Shown: positions 53,966 to 63,140 of the stretch, piece by piece
Layout of the letters: each line of letters starts with the position of its first letter
How positions within the stretch are numbered: the stretch's first letter is position 1
Source: Candidatus Kerfeldbacteria bacterium
GTDB taxonomy: Bacteria; Patescibacteriota; Patescibacteriia; SBBC01
DNA: 64,000 nt
Reading direction: 5' to 3'
Assembly: GCA_043799405.1 (NCBI GenBank)
Contig: JAZDNT010000003.1
Coordinates: forward strand, 15,461-79,460
The notes under the pieces: generated by a model
What the model saw: only the letters and a program-made list of their open reading frames with translations
The model's database searches: none
Told to the model about the DNA's origin: nothing
Translations under genes and position numbers: made by a program

Positions 53966-54273
53966 TGGTGGGCAGGGTAGGATTTCTCACCCCGCACCAC
54001 TTTCTTTCGTGCACTGGTGGGTGGAGTAGGATTCGAACCTACGAAGGCCGGAGGCCACCTGATTTACAGTCAGGTCCGTTTGACCGCTTCGGTATCCACC
54101 CTGGCCTTAGAAATTCTCCATCATGGTTGTGAAAGAAAGTGGTGCGGGGCGGGCCTACGAAGGCCGGAGGTCACCTGATTTATGCCGCCGTTGGCGGCAT
54201 CCCGCCTTCCTTAGATTGCTTGAGGAATTGTGGCGGGACAGTCAGGCCCGTTTGACCGCTTCGGTACCTGCCC
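53966..54273 (-). tRNA. interrupted tRNA-Tyr(GUA)-like (outer gene) in three pieces: 54238-54273, 54154-54181, 53966-53989
   Basis: GGGCAGG TA CCGA AGCGGTCAAA CGGG CCTGA CTGT | 56-nt insertion | AAA TCAGG TGACCTCCGGCCTTC GTAGG | 164-nt insertion containing the inner tRNA-Tyr | TGAGAAAT CCTAC CCTGCCC A CCA. The resulting T loop is non-canonical. Confidence 0.45.
54015..54101 (-). tRNA. tRNA-Tyr(GUA) (inner gene), long variable arm, CCA encoded
   Basis: GGGTGGA TA CCGA AGCGGTCAAA CGGA CCTGA CTGTAAA TCAGG TGGCCTCCGGCCTTC GTAGG TTCGAAT CCTAC TCCACCC A CCA. Confidence 0.88.
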
Positions 54274-54274
54274 A

Positions 54275-54527
54275 TGGAGCCGATGCGCGGATTTGAACCG
54301 CGGACCTACTTGCCCAGCATCCAATGTGATACTGGGCTACTTACCCCCGTATTACGCCCGCGTCAAGTGCGGTCGTACGCGGGGCAAGCATGGAGTTGCG
54401 TCATTCACCCCGCCGCTTCTGGAGCCGATGCGCGGATTTGAACCGCGGACCTACTCCTTACCATGGAGTTGCTCTACCAACTGAGCTACATCGGCAGAAG
54501 CGGCGGGGCCAACTGAGCTACATCGGC
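54275..54527 (-). pseudogene. degenerate outer tRNA-Thr-like gene enclosing inner tRNA-Thr(GGU)
   Basis: 5' piece GCCGATG TA GCTC AGTTGG (54509-54527) and 3' piece AGGTC CGCGG TTCAAAT CCGCG CATCGGC T CCA (54275-54309) are identical to the inner gene. The middle keeps GC A ACTCC ATG, but I cannot reconstruct a D-stem 3' strand or an anticodon-stem 3' strand. Confidence 0.4.
54420..54495 (-). tRNA. tRNA-Thr(GGU) (inner gene), CCA encoded
   Basis: GCCGATG TA GCTC AGTTGGTA GAGC A ACTCC ATGGTAA GGAGT AGGTC CGCGG TTCAAAT CCGCG CATCGGC T CCA. Confidence 0.9.
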
Positions 54528-54552
54528 GAATAGTGTGTCTATTGTATACGTG

Positions 54553-55476
54553 CTACGCCCGTCGATGAACGTTGGTCAACATCGTATCGATCCGAGAGGT
54601 GAATTCGGCGAGTTTTTGGTTTTCCGGATTTACCGATCGGAGCTTTTCGAGCGTTTCGAGCGCCCACTCTCGTTTTCCGGCGACGATGCTCGCCTCGACG
54701 AGCGCGTCGAGGAACTTCGGGTTGTTCGGTTCGAGTTCCACCGTCCGCCTGCTGCTCTCAAACGCCCCGATACTATCACCGAGGGCAAGCTGAACCCTCG
54801 AGAGATCGAGGTAGTGCTGCGCAACGTGGCCGTTGATCACGATCGACTTCTCGAAATCACGGCGTGCTTCATCATATTTCCCTTCTCCTGAAGCGACGAG
54901 TCCGAGCTCCGCGTATAGTTCATCATCCTCTACCTTGAGACGCTGAATGACGAACTGCAGCGTTTCGCGGGCATGTTCATAATCCTTCTGTTCGATGTAT
55001 ATTAATGCGAGCTGTCGGTATGCAGAAACGCTCCGTGGGTCGATGCTGATCGCAGCGATCGTCCGCTGTTCCGCTGCTGAAAGGTCGCCTGCCGTCATTG
55101 AGCTTCTCGCGTCATCGAGGAGCTGTTCTATCTTCTGTACTTTCTCTGCTTTCGCTTCCGGCGTCAGGACTTCTTCCTGCAACGTTCGTGCACGGTATCG
55201 CTTTTCAAGTTCAAGGAGTTTCTGGTACTGTGACCGTAAGAACCTTCCTGCCGACGATGCAACAGGCCGAAGCGCCTTGCCGGTCGTTCTCGTAACATTG
55301 GATAACTTCCTCCGGAAACGTTGTTCAATGAGTTTTGATTTCAGCTCATCGTGCTGCTCTGCAGGAATGCTCTTCGTATCAATGACCGCAAGTTTCGGGA
55401 ACTTACGAACGACAATGACGATAATCATTACAAGCGCACTGACCGCGAGGATGGCAACGATGATATCAATCAACAT
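54553..55476 (-). CDS. membrane-anchored TPR-repeat protein
   Basis: N-terminal TM MLIDIIVAILAVSALVMIIVIVV. C-terminal TPR-like repeats (AYRQLALIYIEQKDYEHARETLQ...). Confidence 0.72.
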   Translation of the reverse strand: MLIDIIVAILAVSALVMIIVIVVRKFPKLAVIDTKSIPAEQHDELKSKLIEQRFRRKLSNVTRTTGKALRPVASSAGRFLRSQYQKLLELEKRYRARTLQEEVLTPEAKAEKVQKIEQLLDDARSSMTAGDLSAAEQRTIAAISIDPRSVSAYRQLALIYIEQKDYEHARETLQFVIQRLKVEDDELYAELGLVASGEGKYDEARRDFEKSIVINGHVAQHYLDLSRVQLALGDSIGAFESSRRTVELEPNNPKFLDALVEASIVAGKREWALETLEKLRSVNPENQKLAEFTSRIDTMLTNVHRRA

Positions 55477-55481
55477 ACACG

Positions 55482-56069
55482 CTAGAGCGATAGTCTTACG
55501 AACTCTCTCACCTGGATGTTCTCGCCTAACTTTTGAATTGCTGCAGTGATAAGGTCACCGATGGTCATCGATTCATCCTTTACGTACGGTTGGCGTACAA
55601 GACAGGTCTCCTTAAAGAACGTCTCCAGTTTCCCTTCAATGATTTTTTCAACGACCGCTGCGGGTTTCTTACTGCCGGCTACCTGCGCCCGAACTATCTC
55701 GCGTTCCTTCTCAAGCACCTCTTCTGGGACATCCTCGGGCTTCACATAACGGGGATTCAAAGCTGCGATATGGAGAGCGATATCATGAACCAGCTGCTTA
55801 AAATCATCTCCTCGAGCGACAAAGTCGGTCTCACAAGTGACGACAACGAGTGCGGCGACCTTACTATTGGCATGTACGTAGTGCCCGATGAGACCTTCGC
55901 GCATCTGACGGGTCAGTTTGCTCGCGGCAACTTTCTTGCCGGATTTTCTGATCACCTCTACAGCCTTATCAAAGTCACCATCGGCCTCCTCGAGCGCCTT
56001 CTTCGCCGCAGAAACGCCGATACCAGTCCTTTCACGAAGACGGGCGACATCGCTAATAGTAACGTTCAT
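55482..56069 (-). CDS. tsf: elongation factor Ts (short form)
   Basis: UBA-like N-terminus ISDVARLRERTGIGVSAAKKALEEADGDFDKAVEVIRK and CETDFVARGDDF. Downstream of rpsB with an ATGA overlap. Confidence 0.9.
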   Translation of the reverse strand: MNVTISDVARLRERTGIGVSAAKKALEEADGDFDKAVEVIRKSGKKVAASKLTRQMREGLIGHYVHANSKVAALVVVTCETDFVARGDDFKQLVHDIALHIAALNPRYVKPEDVPEEVLEKEREIVRAQVAGSKKPAAVVEKIIEGKLETFFKETCLVRQPYVKDESMTIGDLITAAIQKLGENIQVREFVRLSL

Positions 56070-56887
56070 ACCGTACCCTCCTTCTGTGCCGGTGGTAACG
56101 AACTTGTTGCGATAACTTCCTCTTTTTTTTCTACAACGGGAAGCGGGATAGTGTCGTCTGTTGGCGGTGTCGGCACGTCAGATGCGCCGGCTGCGCTACT
56201 CGGGCGGGCGTGCGTACCTTCTTCAACCGCCTCTGCGATCGCTTCAGTAAGGAGACTGATCGACTTAGTCGCATCATCATTCGCGGGTATTGGATAGGCG
56301 ATACCTTCAGGATTGACGTTGGTGTCGACGAGGGCAACGATCGGAACCTTTACTTTCAGCGCTTCCTTGACCGCCGTCTTTTCCTGCTTCGCATCGACGA
56401 CGAAGATCGCTTCGGGTATCTTTGACATTCGTTCGATCCCGCCAACCAGCTTCTCAAGCCTTTTGATCTCATCGTTGAAGGTAAGCTGTTCTTTCTTCGT
56501 GTACTTTTCAAGGTGCCCGCTCGCGCGTTCCTCCTTAAGGTAGGTAAGACGCTTCGTCATCTTCGAAATGGTCGGGAAATTCGTGAACGTCCCGCCGAGC
56601 CAGCGTTCGATGACGTACGGCATTCCGACGTTCGTTGCCAGCGACTGTATGATCGGACGCGCCTGTCGCTTTGTCCCGACAAAGAGGACCGTACCCCCCT
56701 TCGCAACGATATCACGAAGGAATTCTTGGGAACGCTTGAGTTGTTCGCTCGTCTTCTCGAGATCGACGATGTAGACGCCCGCTCGTGACGTATAAATGAA
56801 CGGACGCATCTTCGGATGCCAACGAGAGACATGGTGGCCGAAGTGCACGCCCGATTTCAGTAGTTCGATGAGTGGTATTTCGCGCAT
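56066..56887 (-). CDS. rpsB: 30S ribosomal protein S2 (with Pro/Glu-rich C-terminal tail)
   Basis: Start moved to MREIPLIELLKSGVHFGHHVSRWHPKM, with AAGGA upstream. Confidence 0.9.
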   Translation of the reverse strand: MREIPLIELLKSGVHFGHHVSRWHPKMRPFIYTSRAGVYIVDLEKTSEQLKRSQEFLRDIVAKGGTVLFVGTKRQARPIIQSLATNVGMPYVIERWLGGTFTNFPTISKMTKRLTYLKEERASGHLEKYTKKEQLTFNDEIKRLEKLVGGIERMSKIPEAIFVVDAKQEKTAVKEALKVKVPIVALVDTNVNPEGIAYPIPANDDATKSISLLTEAIAEAVEEGTHARPSSAAGASDVPTPPTDDTIPLPVVEKKEEVIATSSLPPAQKEGTV

Positions 56888-57133
56888 GATTGTTTCCTTG
56901 TTGCCGCTACCCTCTTCTTCCGCTCTCCCCATCCCGGCGATCAGCCGGGCAGGACGGGGAAACGTCCAAGGGTATGGGTGATTAGTAGTACTGTGCTGAA
57001 AAAGCTAAAAAACATGCGAAATGTCAGCGTGAAGAGCATAGCATGCGCTGCGAAACAGCACAAGACCTTGCTCTAGATCGAATACTCTGCTACACTCATT
57101 TCGCATTAATTTTCGACTCTTCGCCGTACCTAC

Positions 57134-57403
57134 ATGAAAGAATCCACTCATCCGAAGTACCACGATAAAGCCAAGATCGTCTGTGCCTCATGCGGCGCAG
57201 TTCTCGTTACTGGCTCAACCGTTCCAGAAATGCGGATCGAGGTTTGTTCGAACTGCCACCCGTTCTATACCGGAAAACAGCACCTGATCGATACCGCTGG
57301 ACGCGTTGATCGCTTCCGGCGCATCGTCGGCCGCGGCGATTCTGCGCGTGCTGCACGCACAAAAAAGAAGAGCAGCACAAAAGAATCTAAGACCGAAGCG
57401 TAA
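57134..57403 (+). CDS. rpmE: 50S ribosomal protein L31
   Basis: [29 protein letters not shown]...[12 protein letters not shown]. Possible promoter TTGCTC-17-TACACT upstream. Confidence 0.9.
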   Translation: MKESTHPKYHDKAKIVCASCGAVLVTGSTVPEMRIEVCSNCHPFYTGKQHLIDTAGRVDRFRRIVGRGDSARAARTKKKSSTKESKTEA

Positions 57404-57452
57404 CAGTAACGAGAGAGTCTGCGATATTAATTCGTAGGCTTTTTCCCTTTCT

Positions 57453-58514
57453 ATGAAAGAGGCGATGAAGCGCGTTACAGCGCGCTACCACGAACTCGAA
57501 AAGCAACTCCAGGATCCGAAGACCATCAAGGACCGTGGTCGTTTTTCCTCGCTCTCAAAGGAGTTCTCCGAACTCGCCAGTGCGATCCGGTCGTACGACG
57601 AGCTTTGTTCGCTCGAACAAGCGCTCAACGAGACACAGAACGTCCGGCAAACGAGCACGGACAAAGATATGCAGCGGCTTGCAGATACGGAGATTCGTTC
57701 GCTCAAAGATCGAATCGCCAGTCTCCACGAGGCAATAACAGTTGTCATCGAACCACCAGATCCCCACGACCGTAGGGACATTGTCGTAGAAATCAGGGCT
57801 GGCGTCGGGGGTGATGAGGCGGCGCTCTTCGCCGCTGAATTGCTGCGCATGTACCTCCGATACGCTGAACGACATGGATGGAAATCGCAATTCGTAAACG
57901 AATCGCGAACCACGCTCGGCGGATACAAAGAGGTCATTGTCGAGCTTCGAGGCGGGCCGATCTATCGCGACCTTAAGTTCGAGGGCGGGGTCCACCGCGT
58001 CCAGCGTGTACCGGAAACCGAAAAATCCGGACGCGTCCATACCTCGACAGCGACCGTCGTAGTCCTCCCTGAAGCCGAAGAGCAGGAGGTTTCGATCGAT
58101 CCGAAGGACCTTGAATTCACAGCGACGACCTCAAGCGGCCACGGCGGTCAATCGGTCAATACCACGTACTCCGCAATCCGGCTGCTCCATAAACCATCCG
58201 GCATCGTCGTCAGCTGCCAGGACGAGAGGAGCCAGATGCAGAACCGGGAAAAAGCGCTCAGGATACTCCGCACACGTCTCGCTGCCTACGAAGAGGAAAA
58301 ACGGCGTAAAGAGGCGTCAACGAAAAGGAAATCAATGATCGGATCAGGAGACCGTTCGGAAAAGATACGAACCTACAACATACCGCAGGACAGGGTTACC
58401 GATCACCGGATCAAAGAAAGTTTTCACGGCATGACACGGATCCTCAATGGAGAGCTTGAACCGATTATCGAAAAACTCCGCGCAGCGGAAAAAGCATTGC
58501 GCGCAAATACATGA
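57453..58514 (+). CDS. prfA: peptide chain release factor 1
   Basis: GGQ motif ([12 protein letters not shown]). The tripeptide-region context [14 protein letters not shown] is of RF1 (PxT) type. Confidence 0.9.
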   Translation: MKEAMKRVTARYHELEKQLQDPKTIKDRGRFSSLSKEFSELASAIRSYDELCSLEQALNETQNVRQTSTDKDMQRLADTEIRSLKDRIASLHEAITVVIEPPDPHDRRDIVVEIRAGVGGDEAALFAAELLRMYLRYAERHGWKSQFVNESRTTLGGYKEVIVELRGGPIYRDLKFEGGVHRVQRVPETEKSGRVHTSTATVVVLPEAEEQEVSIDPKDLEFTATTSSGHGGQSVNTTYSAIRLLHKPSGIVVSCQDERSQMQNREKALRILRTRLAAYEEEKRRKEASTKRKSMIGSGDRSEKIRTYNIPQDRVTDHRIKESFHGMTRILNGELEPIIEKLRAAEKALRANT

Positions 58515-59329
58515 GGCACCGCGCCTGCGACATTGACCGCCGTGAGGTGACTCTCCTCACGGCTCATGTGCTACATAAACCGTACGAGCACGTACTCGCA
58601 CATCCTGATCAACCTATCTCAGTCAAGCAGCGCCGAACGATCGAACGGCTCATACAAGGACGAGCCAGCGGTATTCCCCTGGCGTACCTTACGGGAACGA
58701 AATGGTTCTATGCTAACGCTTTCTCGGTCGGACCGGGAATCCTCATTCCACGACCTGAAACAGAGCTGCTCGTCGATACGGTGCTCAAAATGCTGCCCTC
58801 GACGTTCTCCGGTACCATTGTTGACGTCGGAACCGGGTCAGGATGCATTGCGCTATCGCTTGCTGCACTATTTCCCCGGGCACGCTTCTTCGCAACTGAA
58901 CGATCACGCCGAGCGCTTCGCTATGCAAAACAAAACGCGAAATCCCTCGGCTGTCAACGGCGAGTATCGTTTCTCAACGGTGATTTACTGACACCGCTGC
59001 AAAGAAAAAAAATCGTGCCGGATATTATTGTAGCGAACCTCCCCTATGCAACACCACAGGAATACAATGCGGTACGGCATGAGCCACAATCAGCGATCGT
59101 TGGTGGCTTTGATGGCATGTCTCTCATTCGCCGTTTCTTCTTACAACTCAAGCGTTATCGCTTTAGGATACCGTGCATTCTCGAGATCGATCCAAGGCGA
59201 CGCTCAGCAGTCGCTGCACTAGCAATACGGGCGCTGCCAAAGTCAGTCATCACGACGAAAAAAGATCTTGCGGGTCGTTACCGCGCGATCGTCATCGAGC
59301 CACAACCGGTGGTCTCTGGAACTAACTGA
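58511..59329 (+). CDS. prmC: release-factor glutamine N5-methyltransferase
   Basis: SAM motif [11 protein letters not shown] and NLPY (NPPY-like). ATGA overlap with prfA. Confidence 0.85.
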   Translation: MRHRACDIDRREVTLLTAHVLHKPYEHVLAHPDQPISVKQRRTIERLIQGRASGIPLAYLTGTKWFYANAFSVGPGILIPRPETELLVDTVLKMLPSTFSGTIVDVGTGSGCIALSLAALFPRARFFATERSRRALRYAKQNAKSLGCQRRVSFLNGDLLTPLQRKKIVPDIIVANLPYATPQEYNAVRHEPQSAIVGGFDGMSLIRRFFLQLKRYRFRIPCILEIDPRRRSAVAALAIRALPKSVITTKKDLAGRYRAIVIEPQPVVSGTN

Positions 59330-59423
59330 ACATCAAGCCCCATCCGGTAATTGCTCCAATGAGGAGCACGATACCGATGAGTGTCGATGCAACAATGACA
59401 ATCCAGCCCACCGGATTCTTCAT
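59322..59423 (-). CDS. possible 33-aa single-TM peptide
   Basis: Own translation: [41 protein letters not shown] lies about 16 nt upstream, which is rather far. Weak call. Confidence 0.25.
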   Translation of the reverse strand: MKNPVGWIVIVASTLIGIVLLIGAITGWGLMFS

Positions 59424-59482
59424 TGTTATCGGGAGCTTTCTCTCCTTAGCCATTCGTTCTGCAGACTCCTGATGTAAGAGTG

Positions 59483-60829
59483 TTACTTTACGGTTACCTG
59501 CTGATCAGGAGGCACGACCTCGACCCACGTCTGACCGGCATTGAGCTCTACGGGCGTCCCGTCATCCTTGAGGAGCTGCAGGGGGTCCTGCGGTGAATCC
59601 TTCTTCCATGTGCCCTTCAGAACTGTGCCGTCGAGGAAGAACTGGGCTGTGCCCTGACCGACCGTGTCCATCTCGAGACGGCCGTGGTTACCAGTGACCG
59701 GCTGTTCGAGGCGACGGTTAACGGTTATTACGACGACGTTCTTCGGACGCAGCTGTTCGCCATCGCGCATGACGTGCGGTTTTTCTGCGACCGACCGAAC
59801 GTAATCGTTCTGGACCGGATCGTACTCGTAGTCCACCTTATAGCTGAACGTCGAGAAGTTGATCGTGATGTGCTGGCTCGACTGCCGTTCGGAAGAAAGC
59901 GCATCCTGCTTGTACTTCCATGGTTCAAAGTCGCCGGTCGTCGGTATCTTCTTATCGATGAGCGCGAGTGACATCAGGTAGTCGGACGTGTAGAGCGTAT
60001 GCTCTGATGCGACATCGCGCGTCTTATCCCTCCAAAAATACTGGCTATTGAAGAACTGATTGAAATCACGGATGCCTGTCTGGCTGATGCGAGCAAGCGC
60101 CTTCGGACTCCCTCCGATATGTACGTAGAGAGCGTTGTATGCCCGTGCCCAGTCGACGTAGTACGGACGCGCTGAACGTACCGGTCCGATCTCTTTCACC
60201 GGGCTCGTAATTGTGAAGATCGCGAGGAAACGGGTTATCCCGCCCTCAGCGAGCGCTTCGTAGACTATGTTCGCCTTTGTAAGTCCGGACTGCGGCCGCG
60301 CAGCAGTGTAATTTTCTACCATGATCGCCACGGGGAACTTGTTCTGGTTCTGCGGAGAGTCAAGGACGCCATCGATCCTCCTCGCAACGAGCTGCTTTAC
60401 GGTATCGGTGCTAACGACGGCGGAGTTCGTCGTAGTTTCATCATTATCGGAACGACCGAACATGAAGTACCCGCCCACAGCAACTCCGACAAGCACAACA
60501 CACAGTACAGTTATCAGAATAATGAGTTTGCGGTTTTTGCCTTGCTTTCTGTCTTCCTGCGGCTCTTTGTCTGGCGGGGGTTTCGTAGGCGATTTCTGAG
60601 AAGCGTTCTTCAACTTAGGGGCTTCTTTCTTCCCTTTTTTACCTGTCGCTGCTGAACGAGAGTTCGATTCTTTCTTTCCTTCCGTATCCTGATTCGCTGA
60701 AGACTCCTGTTCGTCGCCCTTCTCTTCTTCCGGCTGCTCCTTTTCGTCGTGCTCATTCTCTTCCTCGTTGCTGTCATCGAGCGCCTTTAACACCTCTTCA
60801 CGCTCATTGATCGGCTGTTTTTTCGGCAT
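59483..60829 (-). CDS. DUF3048 (YerB-like) domain protein with Lys/Glu-rich N-terminal region and one TM
   Basis: FPVAIMVENYTAARPQSGLTKANIVYEALAEGGITRFLAIF is characteristic of the family as I recall it. Confidence 0.7.
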   Translation of the reverse strand: MPKKQPINEREEVLKALDDSNEEENEHDEKEQPEEEKGDEQESSANQDTEGKKESNSRSAATGKKGKKEAPKLKNASQKSPTKPPPDKEPQEDRKQGKNRKLIILITVLCVVLVGVAVGGYFMFGRSDNDETTTNSAVVSTDTVKQLVARRIDGVLDSPQNQNKFPVAIMVENYTAARPQSGLTKANIVYEALAEGGITRFLAIFTITSPVKEIGPVRSARPYYVDWARAYNALYVHIGGSPKALARISQTGIRDFNQFFNSQYFWRDKTRDVASEHTLYTSDYLMSLALIDKKIPTTGDFEPWKYKQDALSSERQSSQHITINFSTFSYKVDYEYDPVQNDYVRSVAEKPHVMRDGEQLRPKNVVVITVNRRLEQPVTGNHGRLEMDTVGQGTAQFFLDGTVLKGTWKKDSPQDPLQLLKDDGTPVELNAGQTWVEVVPPDQQVTVK

Positions 60830-60852
60830 GGTTTTGTATATTAATTACTCGG

Positions 60853-61581
60853 TCATCCCTTTTTCTCTTCTTTCTTGTCTTCTGTCTTCTTTTCTCCCTG
60901 ATCTGAAGGCTGTCCTTCTTCCGCCACCTGCTCTTCCGTTTGCTCCTCCTTCTTGATGCCTTCCACAGCCTCAACCGCCGCTTTCTCATCCGTTGTCTTT
61001 TCCAGTTCTGCAAGCTCCTCCTCGCTCCGTGGAGGGGTAACGAGTACAACGACCTCATCCGCTCCATCGAGTACGGTGATACCCTTCGGAAGGACGAGAT
61101 CTCTTACGTGGATACTGTCATCGAACGTTTTGAGCTTCGATACATCAACGGGTATCTCTGAAACGAGGTCAACCGGGAGAACTTCAACTTTAACGCGGCT
61201 GATGTTCTTAACGAGTATGCCGCCAAGTTCCTTAACTGCAGGCGCGTCGCCGGTGAACGCAAGCTCGATTTCCGTGTGCAGTTTTTCGGTCATTCGGACC
61301 TGATGAAAATCGACGTGCAGTATCTTCCCGGAGATCGGGTGGCGCTGAACATCCTGTACGATTACCTTGACCGGTTTCTCATCTTGGACAATAAGATCGA
61401 TGAGCGTGCTCTCGCCCGCTGTACGGTATACTTTTTGGAACTCAGCAACAGCTACCGTCAATGAACGGGAAGAAAGCCCGTGTCCATACAGAACAACGGG
61501 AAGGCTCCCTGAAGAACGCAAGGATTTCGTCTTTTTCCCCAGCACGGTTCGCGCCTGGGCAGTGAGCGTTAGTTCTGACAT
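60853..61581 (-). CDS. rplY: 50S ribosomal protein L25/general stress protein Ctc (long form)
   Basis: LTAQARTVLGKKTKSLRSSGSLPVVLYGHG... plus a second beta-domain and an acidic/Lys tail. Confidence 0.85.
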   Translation of the reverse strand: MSELTLTAQARTVLGKKTKSLRSSGSLPVVLYGHGLSSRSLTVAVAEFQKVYRTAGESTLIDLIVQDEKPVKVIVQDVQRHPISGKILHVDFHQVRMTEKLHTEIELAFTGDAPAVKELGGILVKNISRVKVEVLPVDLVSEIPVDVSKLKTFDDSIHVRDLVLPKGITVLDGADEVVVLVTPPRSEEELAELEKTTDEKAAVEAVEGIKKEEQTEEQVAEEGQPSDQGEKKTEDKKEEKKG

Positions 61582-61587
61582 AGCGTA

Positions 61588-61938
61588 CTAGTGTGGAAGA
61601 GGCGGAACGAGGTGCTGGAGCAACGATCCATCTGTTAAGAGTGAGTGAAAGACGATAGCATCATCCGCGCTCACAGCAGAAGCCTGTAAGAAGGGAGCCA
61701 CCTCATCATGTGTAAGGTCGGTGATGACACCTACGGATTGCGATCCGAACCCACCGGGAATAATAAGAGCTATGATCGACCCTCCGCAGTGCCGACATTC
61801 AATGTGAACGACATGGGCGTCATCTTTCTGTGCGATGACGCGTGCTGCCCGTATTGAGTAATTCGTATTGCAAAATGGACATGCGGTCAGCACCCGCAAA
61901 TCCCCTTCCCCGGACATAAACGCGTCTATAGATTGCAT
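61588..61938 (-). CDS. hypothetical zinc-ribbon protein (116 aa)
   Basis: CPFCN...CRHCG four-Cys arrangement. Confidence 0.45.
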   Translation of the reverse strand: MQSIDAFMSGEGDLRVLTACPFCNTNYSIRAARVIAQKDDAHVVHIECRHCGGSIIALIIPGGFGSQSVGVITDLTHDEVAPFLQASAVSADDAIVFHSLLTDGSLLQHLVPPLPH

Positions 61939-62033
61939 TTCTTCTAGTTATTTCCTAGGTATCGATGCTCATAGTATACCACAACAACGATGTTCGTCAA
62001 GACTCAATGATCAATACGACGTTATCAATACTA

Positions 62034-63137
62034 TCAATACGATGAAGACCGTGTTAAAACGCTCAAGGCAACACCGACGGCAAGTATGCTCGATATCAAC
62101 GCACTTCCTCCATAGCTAAGAAACGGGAGCGGGATACCAGTCAGAGGCAGTAATCCTAGGTTTCCGCCGATATTGAGTACTATTTCCAGCGAAAACAGAG
62201 TTGCAATACCGGCAAGGAGATAGTTACCGAAGATATCGCGACCTCTCGAAATCCCCCGAATGAACCGAGATAAGAAAATACCAAACAATCCAAGAAGGAC
62301 CGCGGTTCCAACGAAGCCGAGCTCCTCGGCAATGACCGAAAAAATGAAATCGGTATCTTGCGTCGGAAGAAAATTCAACTGCGACTGAGTACCGAGCCCG
62401 AGGCCCCTTCCGAAAAGCTTCCCGGATCCGATCGCAACGATCGCCTGACGAACGTTGTATCCGCTCCGTAACGGATCGCGGGTCGGATTGAGAAACGTCA
62501 GTACGCGTTCGCGCTGGTAGTCAGCGAGACCGAACCACCCGATACATGCTACGACCGCGATCCCTACTAGTATCGTTACGAACCGTCTCAACGGTATTTT
62601 TAGGAACAACAACATGCCTAACCACACCCCGATGAGCAGCGCGGCAGAGCCAAGGTCGGGCTGGAGCACAACGAGAAGCGTAGGCGCGGCAACAAGCGCT
62701 CCCGAGGTGCGGATGACGCGCCAGCTCGCCCCTTCGTCAACGTGTTCGGCAAAGTACCGTGCGAGCACGATGACGAGCAGTACCTTTACGATCTCAACCG
62801 GCTGGAACGTCGAGCCAAACAAGGCAAACCACCCTGTCGTACCGCGGATGGTCGTACCGAGTATCAGTACGGCGGAGAGGAACCCAAGGGAAACGCCGTA
62901 CAGTACCCACGCGTATGATCTGATTTTTCTGAAATCGGTCGAAACGACAAACAGCAGCAGCACCAGACCGATGCCGAACGAGATGAGCTGTCGATAGAAC
63001 TTGTCAATGCGCGGCAGCTCAACGTTTAGGGTGATGCTATAGAGCGTCGCAATACCTATCGCAACGAGAAGGATGGTTGCGCCGAGCAACAACCAATCAA
63101 ACCGGCGGAACAGCCTGATGGAAGTAAACGACGCCAT
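62034..63137 (-). CDS. SEDS-family peptidoglycan glycosyltransferase (FtsW/RodA)
   Basis: 10-TM protein with TDFIFSVIAEELGFVG and LPLTGIPLPFLSYGGSA motifs. Confidence 0.85.
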   Translation of the reverse strand: MASFTSIRLFRRFDWLLLGATILLVAIGIATLYSITLNVELPRIDKFYRQLISFGIGLVLLLFVVSTDFRKIRSYAWVLYGVSLGFLSAVLILGTTIRGTTGWFALFGSTFQPVEIVKVLLVIVLARYFAEHVDEGASWRVIRTSGALVAAPTLLVVLQPDLGSAALLIGVWLGMLLFLKIPLRRFVTILVGIAVVACIGWFGLADYQRERVLTFLNPTRDPLRSGYNVRQAIVAIGSGKLFGRGLGLGTQSQLNFLPTQDTDFIFSVIAEELGFVGTAVLLGLFGIFLSRFIRGISRGRDIFGNYLLAGIATLFSLEIVLNIGGNLGLLPLTGIPLPFLSYGGSALISSILAVGVALSVLTRSSSY

Positions 63138-63140
63138 GCG

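Noticed and set aside
52668-54273. Group I/II self-splicing introns or archaeal bulge-helix-bulge introns as the explanation for the tRNA insertions
   Set aside because: The insertions are only 56-172 nt and lack recognisable group I/II core elements. At the junctions I could not form two 3-nt bulges separated by a 4-bp helix. Several insertions sit in D or T loops.
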